The notes: generated by a model from the letters alone, not told the origin. Shown: positions 25,949 to 38,108, numbered from the stretch's first letter. The stretch: 64,000 nucleotides of DNA from Nymphaea colorata (GCF_008831285.2 NC_045138.2:33852001-33916000); one strand, 5' to 3'. Made by a program: numbers and translations.

Positions 25949-26430
25949 TCATACAGAACAGATTGAGCTGTTACTTCTTTCCCCACCCTCACTACCTTCA
26001 GTTCCAACCATTGTATCGTGTAGTGGCTGATCCACAGTTTCTGGCAAGAAAAACGCCACCTACGATGGCACTTGCAGCCATCAGGAAAGCTTGACTGTGG
26101 AAACAATTACAAGCTAAACTAAACTGACTTATTTAAACTAACAATTGAAGGCTAACGGCCTAGCTGACCAAAAACACCTACAGGAAAAGGAACCACAGTG
26201 AAAGAAGATTGGACAAATCAGAGATTTGGAGGGCATTCACCTGCTGAAAGAAATGAAAAGGATCTAGACCTGTGGCTTAGCTGCCTCGGACTGTTAGCTA
26301 GGGACCTGACAGTGGCTGAAGTTTGCCGAAATAAACCAGAACGAAGAAAAAAATGTAAGTGGAGACCTACACCAGGCAAAGAAGAACAACGTAAAGCAAG
26401 CAAGTGGGGATTCGAAGCAGCCGGCTGAAC
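25949..26430 (-). pseudogene. Deleted, frameshifted tandem paralog of the OCT transporter (exon-2-derived fragments)
   Basis: Minus-strand 26059-25949 reads VAFFLPETVDQPLHDTMVGTEGSEGG versus the intact gene's LAYYLPETLNQPLYDTMAGIESSVGG. Upstream collinear scraps: PTCLLYVVL (PTYWVYLIL), GVGL, SFSFLSAG (TFYFFSAG), VGVFG (MGIFG), LFP-TV and AFLMAASAIVGG, separated by large deletions and frameshifts. Confidence 0.85.
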
Positions 26431-26991
26431 TTGCAAAAAAGAAAGATTGAAACATGTATAATAAGAATGAAAAGAATAATATAGACTGACTAAGAGAGTA
26501 CAAAACTTAACTAAACGAACGAAAGCATGCTCAAAGTAAAGAAAATTAGTAGACGAAACGTCAGAGAAAATGGACATCTTGCAGCAAGAGCCTCACTACC
26601 ACCTCAAACGGAGGACAATAAGAAGCAGAGAAACGCAAAAGGGAATTAGTAAAAAGAAGTAAAATAACATCTCAGGTAATTTTGGCTTACACATGATGAT
26701 ATCCCTCGTCCAAAAATTTATAATATTCTCACCATAGTAAACTTTTCCTTAGGAAGAAGAAATTTTAAACCCGTTTAGCCGAATCCAGTTGCTAATGTGA
26801 TTCAGAACGGTAACCTGATTACTAACTTGATTCAAATCCGGTTCCAAATCCAAATTTGAGATCTAGCTAGCTGAGATTCAGTAAAGATCATATCATGTAA
26901 ATGCCTTGAAGTCATGTTTTAATCAAATCTACAATAGAGTCTAAATCCAATTAAATCGAATTGGGTATGGGTTGGATCTGGCTCGAAAAAT

Positions 26992-27271
26992 TAAGCTTGG
27001 GCATCGGGCCGGCCCGGCCCCATAACAAGTTGGGTCTAGGCCGGCTCGACATCTAAAACTTGGGCCCGGGTCCGGCCGGACTCAAAAAACCGAGCACGAG
27101 CCCGACCCGACTACATTAAAAAATATTTTTAATATAAAATAATACATAAAATAATTAATTATAATAAAATATTATAAATATATATAAATTAATAAAAATT
27201 TAAGAAAGTCATTATCGGGTCCGATTGGCTCGATAATGAATCAAGCCGAGTACCCGGTATGCCCAAACTTA
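26992..27271. mobile_element. MITE with GC-rich subterminal GGCCCG repeats and an AT-rich core, apparently nested in an older MITE
   Basis: Imperfect TIRs taagcttgggcat / atgcccaaactta. Both flanks carry ctcgaaa. A related end (ggtgcccagttt) is at about 45370-45381. The host element ends ttcacatccta at about 27296. Confidence 0.55.
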
Positions 27272-27870
27272 CTCGAAACCAAACTGTTCACATCCTAATC
27301 CTAATTAAATCACACGAACCCCACCTACCACCATTTAATTTTTCACACGCTTTTTCATAATCGGATGCGTCCCCACAAAGTGTAAAAAGAGGAGAGGATA
27401 CCTCAAACCCACCGGATAAGAAGAAGGGTGTGAACTTGGGCTTTTAAAAAGTGGTAAGATACTCTTTGAACAATAATTTGATCATCGTCATGTGCATCCA
27501 TATAAATGTTGGTATATTTGAGTGCAAAATACTCTTAAAAAACATGTGCCCCGATACCATAACTCACACATAACAAGCATTCATGCTTGACAAGTGGGAT
27601 TGTGGATTTTTTAGAAACTCTTTGTTGTTATAATTATTATTTTTAATTTAAAATATACGTCGATCTGATTCACGAACAATTTTGATTTTGATTGATTCAC
27701 TAATTCGAGTGAATCCAATTTTACTGACACTGATTATATGTAATATCGAGCGCGCACGCTAAAAAAGTGCCTGCCAATTGTAAAAGAAGTATGTGCCAAC
27801 GTAAAAGGAGGCTCTCTTTGGAACTTATACTGAAACGGAGGGTTTGGGAGTAAGAAGAGAAAAACTGATA

Positions 27871-27980
27871 AAACCCTAGCTATATCTTTTCCCTTCCCTC
27901 CCTTTCTCCGGTTCGCTGCCCGCTCTCCCCCTACTTGGCGGCCGCTCTCGCTGCACTTCTTGCTCCCGCCTTCACGCCAG
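27871..27980 (+). promoter_or_regulatory. RPL13 promoter/first non-coding exon: telo-box and 5'-pyrimidine tract
   Basis: AAACCCTA telo-box at 27871, pyrimidine-rich leader (ctttt cccttccctc cctttctcc), donor CAG|GTACC at 27980/27981 and a 5'UTR intron to 29295. This arrangement is typical of plant ribosomal protein genes. Confidence 0.7.
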
Positions 27981-29302
27981 GTACCCCCTCCTTTCTTCTT
28001 CTCCGACTGATTTTGCCGAAATGAAGCCGCGGCAGCGGTCTGATTGCCCGCATCGATGTGACATATCTTTGTTTGTGTTTTTCTTGGTCCTTTTCTTTTG
28101 TAGAAATGGTATCTGCTAACTTAATATCCCTCGTTGTCCACTCATAAAAGAAGTGCAAAGAATGTGCTATCGATGCCCCCCTCATCTCGACTGAGCGGTA
28201 TCAGCAAGCAGTTATCGCTGATGTGAACAGATCGTGTACTCTAGATCACCCATAGCTTCAACACCCATCCATTCAATTTCATTTTGAAAATGACCTTTTG
28301 ATGTCCAACCGATTGGGATTAAGGCATCTTAGATTTGGGAAAGACGATGTAAAAATAGTTCGACGTTGGATTGGTCTTGTTTGTTATAGCTTTTCGTTCG
28401 TTTTCTCCCTCCGTAAGGGGCGTGCCATGCATCGGTAACCAATAGTTCTTTTCAGTTTGCCCGAAGCGGTGATCCTTGACCAGTCTGGTTCTAATAGGAT
28501 TATTACTGCATCCTTTAAAGGGTTCTGATCAGGTTTGAGGCATTATCTTCGGGATCCGACTCACCTTGACGCCAAAACTGAATTCACATGAGCTTGTCTG
28601 GACTCTGGCTTTCGGGTTCTTAGCATATCTTTTTTATTTAGATGATTTCGATTTTTTACTTTTCTCTTGAAAATTTTTGCATGCTTTTCAGCCAGTGGGA
28701 TCTGTTTGCCATTTCCGCTGCTCCTCATTTTCTTAACTTGGATTTCTCATTAAATCGCCGCTGGGCACATTGAAATGGTTCTCTTACCATGTTTCAGTTG
28801 CGTTATTTTACATGTGAACTGAAGTCTTCACTGATTGTCAGAAAGTAATGTGTGTAGAAAGGGATGCCTTGTTGCTGCAGTGCTACCGACTCCAAAACCA
28901 TGTTTCTGTGTCTTGGTGTCCTAATGTTACGTAACATTGTTATTATGGTTGAGGGTTTTGTAACTTATCTTATAATATGAGTTCGGAAATGGCGCGCCTT
29001 CTTTGATTGCTTGTCTCTAATAACCTGCCGTGTTCCACCTGGTTTGTTTGTTTGTCCCTTTTTTTTGCATCTATTATGTTTATTTTTTTCCTTGTGCCTA
29101 TAATCTCCTTGACTGGTTTGATTGATTTTATTTAGGAAAAAGAAAGTGTTGTTGCTATCCTAAAAATTAAGTATACGAGTGACTTTTTCTCCCCTGTTTT
29201 CATACATAATTTCCCTTTTAGAGCCTGGTAGAGTGTGTTTCGTTTTTACTATATTGCAGCCATTACCTATTTTTACTGTTATCTTTTGCGTTCAGGTAAG
29301 CA

Positions 29303-30483
29303 ATGGTTAAGCATAACAACGTTGTGCCCAATGGACACTTTAAGAAACATTGGCAGAATTATGTGAGAACTTGGTTCAACCAACCGGCCAGGAAGACACG
29401 ACGCCGCATTGGTATGATCTCTCATGTTGCTTTTTCTTTTCAGCTAGTGCAAGGGCTACGGTGCTTTATTTTGTTCTTTCGTTCATGGCTTTCAGCTATG
29501 TTAGTGTCGGGTTTTTCTATTGCTTGAAAACTTTTGCCAATATATTTTCCTTATGTAAGGTTTGTGCTTTGTTTTGTATCTGCTGCAGCTCGACAGAAGA
29601 AGGCTGTGAAAATATTCCCACGGCCAACTGCTGGACCTCTTCGACCTATTGTACATGGTCAGACTCTGAAGTACAATATGAAACTCCGAGCTGGGAGAGG
29701 ATTTTCCCTTGAGGAGCTGAAGGTGTGGTGGTCTATCTTGTTGTTTTAATTAAATTGTTGGAAGCCATTTTTTTAGAAAACTATCCACCACCAGCACTGC
29801 CAGTAAATGCTGGCGGTCACAAATTTTCACGCCCTGCTGTTGGTTTAGTTAAATTGATGAAGGCATTATGAAGGAACCCACTGCCACCAATTACTGGTGG
29901 TTCCAAATTGTCAGAGCATGTTGCCTTACAAATGCAAATAAAGGTTGCAGATTTTAGTTGAATATGTGAAAAGCATGGGCAGTATTTTGTGTTTAAATCT
30001 GTGTTATGTAGTAGTACAAGTTTATTGACAAGCCCTTGCAAGTCTTTTGTTTAAGCAATCATCCAGGCTCTCTGCTTATTGAAACCTTTTGATCATTGGT
30101 GAAAACAATAAGAAATCTTATCTCTATCTTCTAAAGCATTTTTTTTTTTTTGCAAATTTCCTGAATCACTTACTGGTATTTCCCAGTTTATGGTTATGCG
30201 AATTAACTTGTATGGGTTGTCTGGATTTGTTTCCTGCTAAGTCACATGGTACTTCAATAAGCCCCACATACCCGTACCCAAAGTATTCATTATTTAAATG
30301 TATGGGTACTTGGGTACTTTTTAAATTGAAACTGATCCAAACCATTTAATTTTGCTTGTTTTAATTTTTCCCATGCTCAGTTTTCATTTTGTTTTTAGAG
30401 TTATTGTTCGTTAACATGTAACATTTTATTTATATCACTTGTTTATTTAAATGTTGCTTTTATGTTGATTTTTTGTATTATTT

Positions 30484-30526
<43 letters not shown>

Positions 30527-31242
30527 TTCTGTACCCCCTATACCCACATTTTCTAAAGTGGCCGTCTCCGTACCTATATATCTCAGTACCCATACCCATG
30601 TGACTTAGGTTTCCTGCTAGCTGGCCGATAAACTCCATGTTCCATTTAAATCACAAGTCTGAGTCACTGAAAAGTGGAAATGAACTTTCAGGCACTAACA
30701 TGCCTTGAGGAAAGGAGTCCTGTATTTGTAATCAGTGAAATTTGAACCTTGTCTAAGTCCTCAGTTTTCCTCGGCAGGCTGCTGGAATCTCAAAGAAACT
30801 GGCACCTACAATTGGCATCGCTGTGGACCACAGGCGCAGAAACCGCTCCTTGGAGGGTCTGCAAGCTAATGTTCAAAGGCTGAAGACTTACAAGGCTAAG
30901 TTGGTTATCTTCCCAAGACGGGCTCGTCACTTCAAGGTCAGATGACTCTCTAGTGATTTGCTGACCCGTTTTAGCCGTATTCAAGTCCTTTTGTTCATCA
31001 TCTTGCTTTTCTTGCCTCAGGCTGGTGATTCTACTGCTGAGGAGCTTGCCACTGCCACACAATCCCAGGGAGAGTACATGCCCATTGAACGCGAGAAGCC
31101 AGGTGTAGAATTTCTCAAGGTCACAGATGAAATGAAGTCATTCAGGGCATACAACAAGATTCGACTGGAGAGGATGAACAAGCGTCATGCTGGAGCTAGA
31201 TTGAAGAAGGCTGCTGAGGCCGAAAAAGAAGACAAGAAGTAA
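29303..31242 (+). CDS. RPL13: 60S ribosomal protein L13 (eL13), 207 aa
   Basis: Exons 29303-29411, 29589-29722, 30778-30936 and 31021-31242 (624 nt). Reads [31 protein letters not shown]...[12 protein letters not shown]...[11 protein letters not shown]... Confidence 0.97.
30237..30608. mobile_element. hAT-type MITE (372 bp) in an RPL13 intron
   Basis: Perfect 13-bp TIR CTAAGTCACATGG / CCATGTGACTTAG and perfect 8-bp TSD GTTTCCTG at 30229-30236 and 30609-30616. Subterminal (C)CGTACCC/CATACCC repeats and an internal (TA)n. Confidence 0.9.
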
Positions 31243-31899
31243 ACTGCTACCAAATTGACTTCTTTTGGAGCCGTCGTTGGAATTCTGTTTCCCTCTTTCA
31301 ATTTTGTTTAGGTTTCGAGGACGGGGTTCTATCTAGTATATTTAAACTTCCTGTGTCAGTTTCTCCGTTTGCGTGTTTTTCAGCATTTTGTCATGATACA
31401 TGGCTTCGCACAACAAGATTCATTTATTAAGCATCGTAGGATCTTCTTTTGAGTTTTTTCTCTTGCTAATAGTCTACGATCTATGTTGTAGCCATTTATC
31501 AAGAAGGTCGGTGATCTTATGAATGTAGCCATAGGCAATGCCCCTTGCCCTTAGGTGTCTAAAAAATGGTCTTCTTTCACCAAGTCTTTTCGTATTTTCT
31601 GTACATGGAAGCTGGAGCTAGTCCCGACCTTCTCTCCCAAATTATACGGGCACAGATCGTCACGTCCCGGCTAGAGGACTCTTTGATCTTCAATTTGAAC
31701 GACTCGGGTCTTCCTTGTTGAATATTCATGTTCATTATAATGCCAAATCCCTGTGGGCTTCGTATGTCTAATTGGTTATTAATTTGTGCAAGTTGGGGTT
31801 TTCGTTTGTCGTTGATGTGGTTGGAGTCTTTTTTTCCTATGTTTTTTTTTTCCTGATGTCCAGAAATTTAAAGTTGGTTTCAATTCTTTTGCGGAGCTG

Positions 31900-32025
31900 A
31901 GGACATGTTTTTCAAGTAAACATGTCCAGGCATGCAAATCGACAAAAAATGTTTGTTATCCCAGGACATGTTTTTCAAGTGAACATGTCCAGGCATGCGA
32001 ATCGACAAAAATTGTTTGTTATCCC
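31900..32025. repeat. 63-bp tandem duplication, each unit containing a 10-bp inverted repeat
   Basis: aggacatgtttttcaagtaaacatgtccaggcatgc...gttatccc occurs twice with period 63; ggacatgttt/aaacatgtcc forms a stem. Confidence 0.85.
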
Positions 32026-32773
32026 AAGGTAAGACGCAAAATGTTCTGTTCAAGGAAGGTTTCGATCATTTTTCCGGCGGGAATGGATCCGGCGAAGCAA
32101 CGAGAAAGGCAGCACATGGGATGATCACCGAGTTGAGCTGTATCTTTGTAGCGTGATTAAGAGGTCATGTTCTCGTCTCATACTGTTGTGTGGTGCTGCT
32201 CTCGCAGTACCTGGTGGCAAGAAACTCCGTACGGTACGGTAATGCACAAATTTCATTGGTGGAAGGGGGCGTGGTGAATTTGGGAATGAGGATGTGTTCC
32301 ATAAACTTGGTGGTTTCCTTCCTTGAAAATGAATCTTTTATGATACTGGCTCCTCTCCACAATCCTGCTGCTAATGGATTTAAGACGTGGTTAGCTTTAT
32401 AATTTAATTAGACCCCGGTCTGGATTCAGTTCTGGTCTCAGATCAAATATTGGCAAGATGGCCACGTACTGAATCCGACTCCAACTACTTATTGTATTAG
32501 AATCTGGCCGAGTAACTAAGAAAGGCGATCGCCGATCAGCGTCCCTTCGCAAGGCGACTCCCTCGCCCTGCACGCCTTCTCCTTCACCGACGGTGTCTGT
32601 AAGGGTAGTTTGGTCATTTCAATGGCCGGAGTTCGGAACGTGCAGAAATCGCACGCCGGAAAAAGGAAGACGTGCGAAGCGTCCGACTGCCGTACCGTCG
32701 CTCATGCGTTAAGAAAATGAAATAATTCTGGTGAAAAAGAGAAGCTCAGAAAAAACGTCTCCGTGCGTGTGAA

Positions 32774-32834
32774 GTGGGCCCAGGGGCGTTACCTCCACGT
32801 CTGAAAGAGTGCCACGTCGGACACGCCTATAAAA
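32774..32834 (+). promoter_or_regulatory. bHLH core promoter: TATA box, ACGT elements and a site II-like motif
   Basis: TATAAAA at 32828, about 120 nt before ATG 32950; CCACGTC at about 32795 and 32812; GTGGGCCC at 32774. Confidence 0.55.
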
Positions 32835-32949
32835 CCTCACGCTCCTATGCTTCGTTGCCCGCGCGCTCTACTCCCACCGCCCCAGACTCGAAGCTTCCAT
32901 TCGCTCCTGCTGTTTGTTTTCCGGCGAAGGGCCTGCCGGAACCCTGATC

Positions 32950-33723
32950 ATGGAAGGCCTTCCTGCAGCCGGCTCCTTCCTTCTGAACCCATTGCCGGAA
33001 ACCTTAAACTTAGAACCCCCAGATCATGCAGGTGAAGTTAAGGTGGAACAAGCTCGTTTCCACGGATACAACGGCTTCCTCCCTTCGCTACCGGACGCAG
33101 TTACACCGTCCCTCGAGGCCTTCCGTCAGTACTTTCCAGCGACCGCTCCGCATCCTTCCGTCCCGATTCCGGCTGCAAGGCGTCGGAAGATTGCATCGTC
33201 GTCGTCATCCTACACGCTCAAGGACGTTGAGAGAAGCCTCTGCAAGCCACCGAAAGGATTCTTTACGGATCCGTACTCAGTATGCTCCCCGAGGAGCGTC
33301 CTCCCTGCGGTTCCCGTCAACCGGCAGTCTACGGCTCCTTCTGAGGCGGCGAGGATCCGCCGGAGGAAAATCAGCGAACGGACGCGCGCTCTAGAGAGGC
33401 TGATGCCTTGGTCCGCTAAGATGGACACAGCTACGATGCTGGAGAATGCGTTCAAGTACGTCAAGTTCCTGCAGGCGCAGGTGAGCGTCCTGAAATCGAT
33501 GCCGGAGAAGTCGGGGCCGTTCGTGGCTCGGTTCGCGTCGCCGTCGACTCTGGGGACCGCGGGCGCCTCCATCTTCGATCGCATCCCGAGGCATCAACTC
33601 CTTCACATCCTGGTGACGTCCCCGAACGTGCAGAAACGGCTCCTAGAAGGCGAGAATTGTATCGTCTCTGTGGAGCAACTGGTGCAGATGGCTCAGTGGG
33701 CACCCTTCCTGCATGAACCATGA
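32950..33723 (+). CDS. Intronless bHLH transcription factor (bHLH117-like, subfamily VIII), 257 aa
   Basis: bHLH domain SEAARIRRRKISERTRALERLMPWSAKMDTATMLENAFKYVKFLQAQVSVL, followed by the C-terminal RHQLLHILVTSPNVQKRL..ENCIVSVEQ motif. First ATG at 32950; the ORF track uses a non-ATG start. Confidence 0.88.
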   Translation: MEGLPAAGSFLLNPLPETLNLEPPDHAGEVKVEQARFHGYNGFLPSLPDAVTPSLEAFRQYFPATAPHPSVPIPAARRRKIASSSSSYTLKDVERSLCKPPKGFFTDPYSVCSPRSVLPAVPVNRQSTAPSEAARIRRRKISERTRALERLMPWSAKMDTATMLENAFKYVKFLQAQVSVLKSMPEKSGPFVARFASPSTLGTAGASIFDRIPRHQLLHILVTSPNVQKRLLEGENCIVSVEQLVQMAQWAPFLHEP

Positions 33724-35250
33724 AGTTTTTCTTCTTTCCCTCATTCGCCACACCGTTCGTTGTTTCTCTTTGTGTTCTTCCCATCTTGCGCAACGTTGCT
33801 TTCGTACTGTGCGTGCTTCTGCTGCTCACCAGATGAAGTATTCATTTAGGGTAATAACTCGTAGGGTTATGTGGGCTATGCATTGCTGCCTTCTGGTTCT
33901 GTCATCTCCTTGTTTTTCCTGGTCGGGCTTTGTACACGCTGTGTATATTGTACTCGGACATGAACATCAATGTCAATACGAGCATACTATTTCCCTTGTC
34001 CAGAGGAAAAAAAAAAAGAACCGCACTATTTCGAAAAGGTAGAAATGATGGAAACAAGACGTTTGAAGAAAATGCTCAGGGTTTGTACCATTTTCTCCTG
34101 TCGCATCCTCATTTTGATTCTGAATCGTTTCATTTTTTACTAATCATACACAGTGAATCTGAGATCGTCGCTTCACGTCATCAAAACTCAACATGTAACG
34201 CTTCCTAACTCCATTTCTGAAAGTTGAGGAAACGTCTCATTTATTGATCGCCGTCTAATTCGTCATTTGGTAACGCTGAGTAAGTGAATGATGGCGAGAA
34301 ACCAGAAGCGAGGACCTGTGTGTGGGCAGGATCATGGGCCTTCTGGCCTTCTTGGTTAACTTGTTCAGCACGTAGTCCCGAGAAGAGTCGACATTAACAT
34401 TGGGGGGATATAACGATGTTGGATATAATGGTGCTCTGTTTGTTTCGGAAAACGTTCACCTCTTGCTCGAGATTTACAGGACCATTTTTGCACGAAATGG
34501 TCGACAATGTTTTGCCGGTTCCTGCGGTTCGAGAATGGCTTCTGGGTAACAGGGAAGACTTCCGGAAATATGCATTGCTCGATATCTACTTCCGGGGTGC
34601 TCGATCGCCTGGATTTCATTCATGATGCTGAGGATGACGACAAACGCGAAGAACGGAGTCAAGACGGAAATCTGTTTACTGCTTTCCGGCGAGCAAGTCG
34701 GCTGCATCGAGAAAACAGGTTTATAAAGCGAAATCATTTCGTTTCAAATTATTGCTTTTCTTTCCGGCGGCCGAGATTCTATCCGAAATGTTCTTGCATT
34801 TTGACGATAACCGATATATATGACCGTAATCAGGATCATGAAGCTTTTTACATTCATTTATATTTTCTCCATGTCTTGAGAACTTTTTTTTTTTTTCTTT
34901 CTAAATGCAATTCTTCGTTTCCACAGTTCCTCATCGTGAAGTTCTATTGGAAATGACGCTTGAAGCGGGTTTCCCGCTTCTTGGTATGGGGTTGGACAAG
35001 TGGCGAGGCTAGGTTTCTGGTTGGCCTGAAACCGGTCGGGCCAACTCCGACCCTCTGCTCGTCAAGGCCCCACTTCTTCGCTCCATGAGAATGATACGAG
35101 CTCGGCCTATGCCTAGGGACATAAATTGGGCCGCATTGGGCTCTAGAGTTTTCGTCATTTTATTTAGTGTATCGAATCTGATTTGAACCCGGTTCTAATC
35201 CATTTGCAATCCTACGCAAGCTTATTCGAACAAGAGTTAAAATCTCAAAA

Positions 35251-35721
35251 GAGTGATGTAAGGGTCGGGATCCTCTCGGAGTTGACAATGGCTCCCTCTA
35301 GTTGGCTTGCAATTAAAATGTTTGGGTCCCAACTGATCGCCCTACTGTTCAAAACATAGTTGAGCTAAAGTCCCGCACGAATAAAACCATCTTTGGCACC
35401 GGACTTTACACGAAAACCGATCCAAACATATTAAAAGAAATCTGATCCAAACAGAGAAAAACTGATCTGAAATCCACGGGGGCAGGAGGACGATGGGAGA
35501 CGTCCAAATCAAATCAGAAGTTGCGTTGGAGTCCTCAAAATCCGTGCTATGAAATCAAAGTCTAGGATGGACCAACAGTTTGTGATGCAACCCAGGCAGT
35601 CAAGCCTCCGAGGCTGACCTCACCAGCTGGGTATGATGGAACTTAAAGCCCAGCCCGCCTGAGCAATCGAGCGAGGCAGACAGTCATACTCCGCTTTGAA
35701 ACCGATCCATTTACATCACTG
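35251..35721. mobile_element. Degenerate hAT/Ac-like MITE
   Basis: Inverted ends agtgatgtaa / ttacatcactg resemble the (C/T)AGGGATGT.AA family; internal GATCC-rich repeats; TSD not clear. Confidence 0.45.
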
Positions 35722-38108
35722 TTTAGTTTCAAAAGCGATTCGTTTTCCTGAGTGCTTCAACTTTTTATGTTTTAAAAAAAGTAGTCTGTTTCTTATTAGA
35801 AAGATATTATTGTTTGTCAAAACCTGAGAATTTGAAAAAAGCAAATCTGACGCTTATTTTCCTCTGCTTGGGTGTCATTGAGAAATTTGAGTATATGAGT
35901 GCACAAGTTATTTGCTTTCACACACATCAAAAATTGTTCCCTTTGGCTCTCATGCAGGTGACTTACAAATGTTTTGCCTTCTCCCCATATGGATTTTAAT
36001 TATTTTTTTCTGCCACCGATAAGGATATCATCCTACAAACACCACCAATAAGAAGGTGAGAAGAAAAACAAGAAAAGACTCTTCTTGGGAGAGTTTTTCT
36101 TTCGGCAAACACTATGCTTGCAGTAGCTTTTGCAATTTTTTCAGTTGGGTGGTAAGGTTCCATTCTTTATTCCTAAAAAATGATATATACAAACGATACA
36201 AAAGAGGGATGCTAAGCATCACACATCCAGGCAGGAAAATAGCTGGTCACTAAACACAGCGACCCAAAAACCAGATCAAGAAAAAAAGAAAGAAAGAAAA
36301 AAGAATGAATGAATGAGACAAGCACCTGGTCGCTTTGCAGTAGCTTTAAAATAGTTCAACTGCTGATAGCATTCTTGGCACAGTAGTGTTCTTAAACGTT
36401 GCTGACGAGCGCCACTATCATATACATTATGGATTTGTTACTACAGTCAGCAACGCAATAGTGTGTCTACGTGTTATTTTCATTCGCATGTTTATGGAAG
36501 GTAATTGGAACATCTACGGAAGGGTCTTCTCTGTAGATATGAGTTAGACAATATTGGATAAAATACAGCCGAACATCACCTATGTTCAGTCCTTAGTTTT
36601 TGCACAGCAGCTTTTCATCTGGCATCTCGCTCAAGAAGATGGCACCTGAAACAGATAGAAAAGAGGAAGAAGAGAGAGATTACGGGTTTGCTTCTATGAG
36701 GCGCCCTCTAGAGAAATCATCGATATTCTCTAGATCAAAGAATAGCTGGGCATATATAGTGCCACTATCCAACAGACAAGACTAGACCAAAATAGATATG
36801 AGTTCTTTCCCTTCCATCTAGTTCTCTTTTAACAGTGGTGCGATTACTGTTTTTTTGTTGTCCATCTCAGGGTACGTCATCCGCTGCTTGATTTTAGATG
36901 GCCATGGGGTACCCCATCGCAACAGCAAAAGCGTTACCATTTTCCTTCGATATTCAAATTGCAGATTTATTGCGGGTTCAGCAGATGAGTTTTGATGCCT
37001 CATTCAACTTTTTTTTTGCTAGAAACAGAGGACGGCATGGCGACGGGGATCATTACGTTGCCTCAAGTCATGGACAACTAGGAGGACGCACGATATAGGT
37101 TTCATGTCTTCTTTGTCGAACTCGCAGCACGTCTTGTTCTCTCTGCCGCGCGTTCCTTTCCAAGATTGGTTTTTCACGTTTATATACTCTCTCTTCACTC
37201 CTGCTGCTTCGAATCCCATCACCAACATTCCAATGTCACCTTCTCCATACATTTGCTCCATTTTCTTATATTCACTCCTCTTCCTCTTCGCTCACATAAA
37301 CTTGTTTCTTCAATTGCCACCGTGTCAACGTGCCTTCTCCATCCATTTGTTTCCCTTATTCGGAATGGCATATGACGGATGAACGAAAATATCCATCGAA
37401 CTTGCTGGTAACATGGTGCCTGGGCAACGCCAGTGGCAGTGACCGGGACGTCTCAACCGAAGGAGAAAAACAACCCCAGAAGGGATTTGTACTTCTTTTA
37501 TGCACACAAAAAAAGACTTCAGAGTTGGCCACCAGTACACCCATGCTACCCCTGCACAACGGCTGTTACAGAAAATACGCGAGCAATACGGCCTGGCTGG
37601 CGCAAGCTTTATGGTTGTTTTATGCCCCAAAGGTATCAAGCTATTATAGCTAAACTATTAATCAAGTTGCATATTCATGTACGCCTTGAGTCAGGAAGCC
37701 ACGGGCTGCCAAGTACTAGGATAGACGATGCTACAAGCCTCTGGCTCTGACTCATAGTTCCAAATCTTCAAATCCAGGTGCAGAAGATCAGTACCTTCAC
37801 CAAAGACTTCAGACAACGAAATCATGCAGAAATGTCTTATGGACTACAAACGCATAGAGAGGAAAAGTAGAAGATCAAGGAGGAAAAGCATGTGGAATCG
37901 TGGACATATTAGAAGATACAAGAAGAAAGCTCTCTATAGCAACGACGACGATGCATCAAAAGGAGGGATTCTTATCAGAAAATCTCTGATCGTTGTGACG
38001 TTGTCGATTGCCTAAGGCATCCAGAATTACAGGTGACAAGTCCTTTACAAAACGACACTGCATCAGATATACAACAATACACAAGTCGATATATGCCAGC
38101 ATGCGTTG

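Noticed and set aside
29780..29915. Short hairpins and TTGATGA in an RPL13 intron, considered as an intronic snoRNA
   Set aside because: No properly placed D box (CTGA) or terminal stem and no convincing H/ACA layout; looks like a degenerate repeat.
33026..33829. Overlapping ORFs across the bHLH gene
   Set aside because: Alternate frames of a GC-rich intronless CDS.
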